In this document: positions 23,501 to 32,487 of the stretch, in pieces | How positions within the stretch are numbered: position 1 is the stretch's first letter | Layout: every line of letters begins with the position of its first letter | Origin: Basidioascus undulatus | Lineage: Eukaryota | Direction of reading: 5' to 3' | DNA length: 32,487 nt | NCBI GenBank assembly: GCA_000826855.1 | Contig: JTLS01000091.1 | Coordinates: 1-32,487 of the forward strand | Program-made: the position numbers and the translations under genes | Notes under the pieces: generated by a model | Told to the model about the DNA's origin: nothing | Databases searched by the model: none | Seen by the model: the letters and a program-made list of their open reading frames with translations, nothing else

Positions 23501-24248
23501 TTTTTGCGGGTCAGTCCCGAGGCTTCGACCAAAGCTCCGCTTGCAACTTACTGACCAGCCCCTCCCATTCTTTCTCAAGAACCCAGGCGCCCGTCATGGT
23601 CCCGTTACCGCCCACAACGACGAGCACGTCAATCTCGTACGCGAGCAGTGTCCGCGCAGCGGTGAGCCTGCCCTCGCGTGTGCGGAACCCCGCGGAGCGC
23701 GTCGTTCCCAGGAGGGTGCCTCCCTAGATGTACTTCATTTTGTAAGATTACACGGTACCGTAGCGTGATCGAACAGAAGACGCACTTGGTCGATCCACCT
23801 GTTCACATCGTCCCATCCCGCCCTCAGGAAGTATTTGCCCGTCATCTCGGGCGCGTCGCCTCCCTCCTTGAGCTCATCGGTCTCCCCATAGCTCAGCGGA
23901 CACCCAAGCTCCTCAGCCACCTGCTTCCGCGAGCTCTTCGAGTTCTCCGTCCCCTCCTTCGCCTTTTGCTCCGCGCCGCGCAGCAGGCCATCGAAACCGT
24001 CGCGGACGAGGTACACCTCGCAGCCTCTGCGAGAGAGCTCTCAGCGGCTATTAATCCAGGTAAGATGCTACGATTCCCGACCGCATACCGATGCAGAGCA
24101 TACTTGGTGACCGCGCGAACGCAGGCGTTCATGCCCTGCGGTGGAAATCGTCCTCAGTTCCGGCCTTGTGGTTCCTGTATTTCACACTCACTTGAGCATC
24201 ACTCCCGGACGTGAGCACTGCAAAACGAGGGCGCTTTGCCGATTTCAT
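20543..24248 (-). CDS. Eukaryotic-type (tandem two-half) 6-phosphofructokinase homolog with a degenerate catalytic site; about 19 introns
   Basis: N-half: [87 protein letters not shown]-half: [44 protein letters not shown]. Last exon [24 protein letters not shown]...CW*. The junctions I checked restore one continuous frame. Confidence 0.92.
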
Positions 24249-24995
24249 GGTGATGGTGGTACGTCTCTGAAGACAAGAAGCATACGCGTCGTGCGAAGGG
24301 GAAGCTTCCGACTGCACGTGGTTCCAAGGGGTACCAGCAGTCTGGGTCGACGTTTGACGTCACTTGTTTTCTTGTTGGGAGGCCTTGTTTAAATTGCATG
24401 TTAGAAAGCAACAGAAATGACTGTGCTGAGGAGGATATACGCCATGTGAAAATATGCACAGAGAGAGCCTTCAAGTTGCCAGTCTCTTATCTCTCTGTGT
24501 CCGTCGTGAATGTAAAGGAGATACAGCGAAGTGGTTCAAAAGTTTCAAGAGCATCTGGTTCGACAGCACCATAATTTGTTTGAGAGAGACCGTCTCGCCA
24601 TCGTTGTTCTACTCCGCAGTGTGGACTGTTGTGCGCATAACCAGAGGCCAGCTTGTCCTTATTGCTGTTGTCCTCATTGCAACTTTTCCCCCACAGTGTA
24701 GATTCACCAGACGCTGTGCTATTTAACAGGCTTCCGATCAGAGACAGAAAAACGGCAAAATGATCTCCATGCGCCGTGGACAGCAACACCCTGTGAAGCT
24801 TATTCTGTGATCTATGCAGAAAGAAAGGACAGAAAATAGAAAGAGGTGTGGTATCTGTGAAAGGATTAGATGCGGAGAATGCGGAAGAAATGGCCAGTGT
24901 ACGCGAACAACGAAAATGTTCCACAGAAGCAAAAATGTGAAACGGCGGAAAGAATCATGACAAGTTCGTAAATCGTCCCAGGCCAGAAACACAAA

Positions 24996-26787
24996 TTATT
25001 CCAACCCCCGCTGGGGTTGATGCCTCGGGTACGCCGGGGGAAGCTCGATCGGCACGAGGCTGTGCGGGTCGGAATCGACGTGCTGGATGACGGGGGCGCC
25101 CTCGTCGCTCCTCGCGGAGAGGTGTTTCCCGCTAGCGCTGGTCGCGCCACCGTCAGACATCGAGATGGGGCGGAAGCCCGTGGCGCAGCTCATGCCGGGG
25201 CTATGGGCGTAGTGCTGAGGGTCGCCCGCTCTCGTGCGCGAGGGCGCGTATGCACCGCGCGGAAGGCCCTCGGATAACGCTGAGAACGAGAAGGCCGTCG
25301 GGCTGCTCGGCGGCCGGAGGGGCGTGGGCTCGTACGGCTCGTTGACCATGTCGCTGTCCAGGTCGACAGGTGACCGAGCCAGCCCGGCCCGCGGGCTCGG
25401 CGCCGGCGCTGGCGGAGGAGGAAGAAGAGCGCAGCGGCGATGGCCAGAAGGCCGACGACGACACCGACGACAATGCCGGCGATGGCACCGCCGGAGAGAC
25501 CCGACGATCCGGGGGAGAAGATGGCGATCAGAACATCCGTGGGTGCTATCTTGATCGCCGAAAAGGAAGGAGAAGTCTCACTTCTTCGCTCTCGCAGCGG
25601 CAGCAGCTGCTGCAGCAGGATGTCCTGGACGACGCAGCCTGGCTCCGTCTCACTGTCATCGCCGGGCTCTGCGACGGTCAAGAGGACAGTTGAGCCGCCA
25701 GTCTGCCACCGTCCGCGTCGAGAACGACAAGCGAATATTGCCAGCCGGCAGGGACAGGTATGAGCACGTCGAAGACACTTGGGCCCGGTGTCGATTTCCT
25801 CCTGCGTGATATTGCGGCCGAACGCCAGGTGCGGGTTGCCCTCGAACGGGGAGCACCAGGAACTGGAACGGCGCGGTCGCGTTGTCGACGTCGGTGTAGG
25901 GGCCTGGATACTTGGTTAACCTCATTGCGTCTACAAGAAGGAACAAAAGTAGCCCACTGGGAGGGATGCTGGCCTCCGCGTCGAATGCGATCTCTGCTCC
26001 ACGATCATCGGGATGTTGACTGAGCTAAATATGAGCATGCGAAGGGATCACGGGGCAGCGGGGACACGCACGAAGGGTAGAACAGGCGTGACTGCGAGCT
26101 GGGGCTCGGCGATCTGTGTGCCGTTCTGGTGGTACGTGCCGGAATCTCGAAGGTGAAGTCCTGCAACGACCAGCGCCCAACCCCACACGCCGGTCAGTCT
26201 CGAGCCCGGCTTGACACATGGCCTACGCAAAGAGTAACGCACGATCGGGCGCTCGTTGCTGGTGCAGTCAGTGTTGAAGGATTGGGCGATTTCCTTGGGT
26301 TCTGAACAGTACAAATGATTGGGTTATTCCTTTCCCTGGACGCTGGCCGAAAAAGCGAGGAGACTCACCGGAGACGACGCCATTGTCCCACCCTGTCGTA
26401 TCGCGCACTGCTACAACGGCCCCTCCTGGGAGTCGTTTTATGGTCCAGAGAACCTCCGATGAGTTACCCTAAAGGATATTCTCAACGTCAGATCCTCTGC
26501 ATACCTCAGCAGCCGGCCTGCAAAGCGTCCGCATTTCGCACCTCTGGATTGACCACAATCGGAGCTGTAACGACGGGAATATGTGAGCCCCTACTTATTT
26601 GGAGACCCTATAAGAGCTCACCATTCGAAGAGTTCGGATCGAAGACCACGACGAACTGGTACGGCGGCTCACCACCTATCGCCCGGAGCCGCGACTGCCC
26701 GCACGTTTGCAGCCGGTCGACCTCCAGCTGGAGCGCGGACGCCACAGCGAGGAGCGAGGTAAGAAGAAGAGCGCGAAGGAGTAGCAT
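24996..26787 (-). pseudogene. Type I single-pass membrane protein gene (signal peptide, TM helix, PPxY tail); several apparent frameshifts
   Basis: Signal peptide MLLLRALLLTSLLAVASA, GGEPPYQF motif, D..G.TGGST.L.TV motif, TM LSGGAIAGIVVGVVVGLLAIAAALFFLL followed by RQRRRR, and tail VIQHVDS...ELPPAY. The TM and the PPAY tail are in different frames with no intervening intron, and about three more frame changes occur at about 25700-25855. Confidence 0.7.
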
Positions 26788-27917
26788 GTCGGGGTCGGCT
26801 CTGGGATGGCCAGATATGTCCACAAGGCAAGGCGGGATCCGAAAGCCGCAGCGTTAAAGTTGAGAGCAACGGTCGGCCGTTTGCCCTACGTGGTGGAGAC
26901 CTGGACGCTCGAGATAGACGAGGACTCTTTGAAAGAGGAAGTGCCACTGGAAGTGGGTGGGAAGGTAAGATGAAGAGAGAGGGATGGGGCGTAGTGGACG
27001 GCATGGCGCCACAGAGATGCGAGGAGGATGCAGCACGGCGTTGCAGTTTGCGCACGCAGGGTGTGGAAGCGGTGCCAGCATGCTTTGCCCTGATCGACTC
27101 AGTAATCGCTCGATCTTCGGATACATGACGTGATGGAAAGCGGGCCGTATAGATTTAGCAGAGGTCGGAGACGGTCCAGGACGGCGGCAGAACCTAGTTA
27201 CTCTGGCACTGGCCGTGCGGAGTAAACAAGGCTTAAGGACCTGATGCCGGAGGGAGGTACAGGCGGGATCATGATAGAGGAACCGGTATTCCGGGGTCCA
27301 ACAGCTTGTCGACAGCGCAAAAACTTAACATGCAAGAATCTAGCCCTCCGCAAGACAATCAGGACCATCTCACCCAATTATCGCCAGGTCGTCCGCCGCC
27401 TACTCAGCCGACTCAGCCGAGCGTGACCAGTCGCGATCTGCAATCGGCGCCCGCTAATAGCCTACACCGTGGCATCCTACAGAAGTGCTTATGCAATAAT
27501 AGACCTGAGTTAAAGACAATATTGCAAGCTAAGTGAGCGTGAAGGGCCGCAGCCCTCAAGGACGGCGGCAAGGGATAGGGAGTCTAAAGGAGCTCCAGAG
27601 CCTTCGGCTGTGCAGTGCAGTGCCAACGAGTCGGCTGAAGCTGCGGAGGCACTCTAAGGTTTTTTGTACTAGCCCACTGAGTGGACGTCAATTCAGTCTT
27701 CACATTGCCTGAACGTCAGCGAAAGGACTCCAAATCCTCAACAAGCTGCTATATGAAGCAAGGGAAGCGACTGCAGCACCGCGATGTCTATACTCCGGGG
27801 TAGCTCCTAGCTGTGTCGCACCAGCAACGGGAACACTTTGGGATAGTGCGAAGCACAGGCACGGTCTGAGCAGGTGGGATGTCGAACGTCGGAGGGCGAG
27901 GGGAGGGAGGGCGAGGG

Positions 27918-27955
27918 GAGTGCAAAGGAGTGCACTGAGTGCAAAGGAGTGCACT
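27918..27955. repeat. 19-bp direct tandem duplication
   Basis: GAGTGCAAAGGAGTGCACT occurs twice in perfect tandem. Confidence 0.9.
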
Positions 27956-30409
27956 GGCCAGCCTTACTTCTTATTTCTCCTTCTTCGACAGCTTCATGTC
28001 CGTTCTGGTATATCGCCCTCTTCTGGACTATTTGAGGCCCATGAGTATTACAGTGTGGCAGGTAACGGGCGCCTACTAGCCAAATTCCGAACCCACTCGC
28101 TCAGGCTGTGTAGGCCAGGGAATAGTGGCTGTCGGGTCCTCCCGTAGGTTGCTTGATAGCCCTTGGCGGGTGTCGTACGGGTGGTCCAGGCCCTCTTGCT
28201 CGCTCAAAAGACACACACACACACACGATGAGCTAACAGCGGGATAGGACCGTGGTGCCGATAGGCCCATGAGTTTTTCAGAGCAAATGTATACGGCTTT
28301 TGCTTTCAATCCAAAAGAGTGTGCACAGCGTACTTCGAAAATAGGACTGCGCTGTCCAGTCTCCTTATGTCAGTATTAGTATGGGTGAGTCGCCCAAGTG
28401 TATCGCTTGAGCAATTGCATTTGCGACGGTGGGCATAGCGATGTCTGCCTCCAGCGTTCACTTGGCCTCGCCACGAAGCTGAGCTTGTCAGATTGCTGTG
28501 TAAAGCTAATTTCAGGACCCAATTCTGCAATCCAGACAGTTACAGACTGAAACGCTGCAGGAATGGCGGCAGAGTGGCGGCGTCCTTCGCTGTCGGTCGC
28601 TGCCATGGCTCGGGTGTACACAGAAGTTGTGCAAGTATTTATGGCGAAGTGAAAATAGCTTTCTTTGTTATCGAGAACAAATGCATGGTCGTGGGACCAT
28701 GGACAACGACGCAGTGAGGTGACCACTGCATGCCACTATCCGCAGCAGGTCCTTGTACATCTTTTGGCTCTCTCCAATCTGTGCAGCCCAGCTCGGGGGT
28801 TTAGCCTCTATCGTGAATAACAAACTCCAGGTACAAAAATTCAGCTAATAGAAAACTCCGACTCTGTCAAATATGCGAACTTTCGGATGTGCAGTACTTG
28901 CAGTTTGTGAAATGCAGGATGCGGACAGGGTGGACAAGCTCGCGAAGTGCGGGGCTTTGGGCGCAGCCATGGGAACTTGGTGCGGTTAACATCGGTTTGG
29001 TACAGATTAAAGGAAGGTAAGTGTAGGACGATGGAAGCTGGAAGGACATGGAAGAATGCAAGACAATACCAGTACTCCCACTCCCAGACGGTTGCCTCAA
29101 ACTTGCCCATACCTGCTTAAGTGTGCCTGCAGGGCAACCGCTCTGCCTGATGCCAAATCTGAACGGCACAAGAAATATTTTCGTGAAGTTAATTTAGAAA
29201 AGTGGGCGGCGCGTCAGGGAGAATACAAAAGAAAAACCTATATGAGCTTGATGGCGCAGGGGAAGCGCGGTGGGCTCATAACCCACAGGTCTCTGGATCG
29301 AAACCAGATCAAGCTACTTTTTGATTGATATCCGTGTGAACGGAAGAGTTTCTGGTCCGAGTCAGTTGAGATGCGAACGAGCGATGGCAGACCGTCAGAC
29401 GTAGACTGCAGCGTATTAGGACTGTGAGTGCCGCACTGATGGAGAGTACCTCTCGGAGCGCAGAACGAGCTTTTTGGCCGGGGAGCATGGTGCCAGAAGA
29501 GCGAAGTCCATGGGGTAAAAATCCTTGAGAATGGGAAGCCGGCGAAGCACGACAAAGTACGGAAAGACGGCCACTCGCGATTGGACATCCACTTGCGATT
29601 ACATGCTTTCGTGAATGAGTGGAACTTTCAAGCTGCGTTATTGAGGCTATCACAAGGCGTGGCCCATGTCAACCCCATAAGACAGCAAGCACAGAAACAC
29701 GAGCTCTTTCCTGCCAATCTCCCACATCTCCCATAACCTTCTGCGCTTTGTGACAGGGAAGTGCTGCTTGCCTTCCAGCAGGATGCGCAAACCGCCCTCT
29801 GATCTCTCGGAAACGCTTCACTCTCACCGAAGAAATCATGTCACGAGAGAGCTCTCTTTTTCCGGACTCTTTCCATACACGGAGTCGTCAAAGCAAAGCG
29901 GACACGGTCATTCTTCAAGTTTGTCGTCTACCTCAGCCCGACTGAATGATTTGCGTTGTCTTGCTTTAACTCAGCGGGATAAAACGCATCCCAACAGATA
30001 TCTTCTTTGCTTCTTTGCTTTATAAACGTAAACAACCGTGTGCAGAACACCTGGACCGCAACAGCTGAGCTGCGTTGAAATTTTGGACATGACCCACAGC
30101 CTCAGCTACAAGCTATGCAAGGTACATGCATGAATCTTGATTGAAATTTTCGCAAGCTAGCGAAACAGTATTCCAACATTTTCATCAATCTACTAGACAA
30201 ATTCGTTGTCGAACGCTAGACTTGGGTGTATGCGTTATCTATTATCGGGAACAGCACACGTGACGTCTTTCGAGATTGAATCGCAGCTTTCAGCCGTTCG
30301 CTCGCCCCCTTTCCTTTCACTCATTTCGCTCAACACCCTCACGCAACTCTCACACCGCAACCACCACCATCACCACCACCATCACCGTCTCCCTGCGCTC
30401 CCCGCCCCG

Positions 30410-31518
30410 ATGCCCCCTCTCCACCCCGCCGCCACCCGCCCGCGCCTCCTGCGCTCCTCGCCGTCCTCCTCACCCTCCCCGTCCAAGCCCAAACGCCCCC
30501 GTCCCCCAGCTCCACCCACATCCCAATCCCAAACGACGCCCAAGCGCACGCTCGTCGGCCGCTCTTCCAACACCAGGAGCGAGAGGTCGTCTTCGGCCCT
30601 CCCGCCGAGCACGCCGCCCAGCCTCGGGCTCGGGGTGAGGACGGGAAAGGAGAATGTGCTAGCGCAGGAGGAGGAGGAGGCAGGGGAGAACTCGGATTCG
30701 GAGCTGAGCTACGTGGAGGTGTACAGGGGTGCACCCGGCGTGCAGCCCGTTCGGGTGTCCAGACCTAGGTCTCCTACACCTACCCCCGCTCGCGCTCCGC
30801 CACCCGCAGAAAATGCAGACGACGACGACCCCTTCGGCTTCGCGCTCGCCGAGCGGCGGATCCAAGCAGCGCGCGAACTCGCAGCTGCACGCCCACCCGC
30901 ACCCGCACCTGCTCCTACACCTCCTCGGCATCCGCTTCCCGCATCGCGGGAGAGCGCGTCCTCGTCTTCGCTGCCTTCACCCCGAGCAGCCGCCGCGGCC
31001 GCGGCGGAGGAGAGGGAAGAGGAGGAGGAGACGCCGAAGCCTTCCCGGCGCAATAGGGGGAAGGCGGGCGGGGAAGGGAAGGGAAAGGGGAAAACGAAAC
31101 CCCCCGACCCCGTGCACGAATCCCCCCTCGCAGCGGACGACCTCGCTGCGCTCCTCCCTCGTCGTCGACGTCAGCGTCGGCCTTCCCGCTCCTCCACCAG
31201 CCCTCCCAAGCGCGCCGCACCCTCCCGCTCTCGCCGTGCGGGGGCTGACACCTCGTGGGAGGAGGAGGACGAGGGAAGCTCGCCCCCGAAGCGCCCCCGC
31301 GGGGCGAAGGGGAAGGGGAGGGGGGAGTTAGGGGCGAAGAGGGAGAAAGTGAGATGGGATTCGGGGAGCGGGATGAAAGGGCGACTGGAGGAGTTGAGGA
31401 AGGCGGATGAGTGGGTGCTGGATGAGGTGCGTTTGGTCGCGTTTGAAGAGGTGGAAGTGAAACGGGTGTTCGCTAATGCAGGGATGCGGTGGGCGGGTAG
31501 GAGCTGGTCTTGCCATGA
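30410..31518 (+). CDS. Sororin-like cohesin regulator candidate (2 exons)
   Basis: Long disordered Pro/Ser/Arg-rich ORF from ATG 30410 with a KEN box (30647-30655) and DPFGF (FGF at 30833-30841). The intron at 31427-31500 (GTGCGT...GCTAAT...TAG) gives the C-terminus RLEELRKADEWVLDE|ELVLP*. The gene itself is well supported; the family assignment rests on short motifs. Confidence 0.6.
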
Positions 31519-32334
31519 TTTTGGAGCTTGGACATCGTAGGGGGGGATGCGCGGACTGCGCGCGGGGTGCTTGGCTCTTGGGTTCAGAATGGGAGTGGGT
31601 CAGAGGTAAAGCTGTGGAGCGGAGAGGCTCGGACTGTTCTGGTATGGTATGGCAATGCTTTGGTGATTCCGCCCCGAGCACGCTAGCTTGAGGCGGATTA
31701 GCGGAAAATGAATGTGAGGATCACGGCCGGGACGCCGTTAGGGCAGCGTGGGGGAAGGAGTTGGCTGCGCAGCGTCGGTGTGGAACCGTCCGACTGTGCG
31801 ACCATGGACCACGTTTCGAAGTTGTACCACTGAGAACATTTCCGCAGGACTGTACATGATTTGTCATGCTGTATTGGAAACAACTTCATGGTTTTTTTCA
31901 AATGCCTCTCCTGCGGTCCCAACATGGCTTTGGCTTGTGAAAGCCGTGCCTTGGCCCGGTGGGAGGGAGTGAGGCTAGCTGCACTCGCAGCCATTTCGAG
32001 TCGCGGATCTTTCACCCTGCAGGCCGCTCTGACTCGCCTCTGAGGCCTGAGGCCAACTGATGCACTGATTGCGGAATGGTGAGGACGTGAGGTACATGTA
32101 GGATAGGTTCTTGGTTCTTGGGGTGCCTGGTCGGGGTCAGCTCATGTTGCGCTCCGGCTGGGCTGAGTTCGCTTCTTCCTTCGCTGCTTGTTAATTCTTG
32201 ATTCTTGCCACCACACCTTGCCACACCAATACCTCCCATCAGCTCATCAGCTACGAGATCCTAACCACCACGTATTATATCAGCCTCAGCCTCTCCAAAT
32301 CCTCCTTCGAAGCTTTCAAAACCCTCCAGAATCA

Positions 32335-32487
32335 ATGCTGCACTTTCTCGCGGCTCACGCTCCTAGAGCTCCCGCTCGACGTTCTGAAGCACATCATCGA
32401 CGAGTTGACTACGCGGCCTCACCCTCGCGCTTACACATCTGACTTGTACACACTGGTTTCGCTGTGCCATGTTTCAAGGGAGATTTG
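32335..32487 (+). CDS. F-box domain fragment, truncated by the window end; possibly a pseudogene
   Basis: The frame LTLLELPLDVLKHIIDELTTRPHPRAYTSDLYTLVSLCHVSRGDL is a classic F-box pattern (LLxLPxDVLxxI...LxxLCxVSR). The nearest ATG (32335) is out of frame by one base, so the start is unresolved. Confidence 0.65.

Noticed and set aside
30206..30409. Upstream extension of the 444-aa ORF containing a poly-His tract
   Set aside because: It starts at TTG, and the His run is a (CAC/CAT)n microsatellite in pyrimidine-rich leader sequence. ATG 30410 is the more plausible start.

Overview
Eukaryotic, intron-dense, GC-rich fungal genomic DNA. Short GT-AG introns (mostly 50-100 nt) with GTGCGT/GTCCGT/GTACGT donors and CTRAC branch points suggest a basidiomycete, plausibly Pucciniomycotina (inference). 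The supplied ORF track is mostly uninformative because the genes are spliced, so I reconstructed them by hand. Recognisable genes: caleosin/peroxygenase (partial, -), an NTF2/SnoaL-like protein (+), an intron-containing tRNA-Ser(UGA) with a decayed paralog, pinin/SDK/memA (-), CTK3 (+), a RecQ helicase with about 26 introns (+), a full-length 6-phosphofructokinase homolog (-), a frameshifted single-pass membrane protein gene (-), a sororin-like protein (+), and two related F-box sequences. The most notable observations are: (1) the PFK reading frame is intact but the catalytic residues are substituted (SIDND to SIYND, MGR to MGL), suggesting a pseudoenzyme; (2) an in-frame TAG in pinin overlaps an in-phase 5' splice site that could splice it out; (3) the sororin candidate carries KEN, FGF and a C-terminal motif in the expected order; (4) a diverged ~0.8 kb repeat occurs twice in inverted orientation, one copy directly behind the pseudo-tRNA, giving a SINE-like layout. 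No CRISPR array or intact transposon ORF was seen. Exon boundaries are read by eye and need RNA-seq confirmation.
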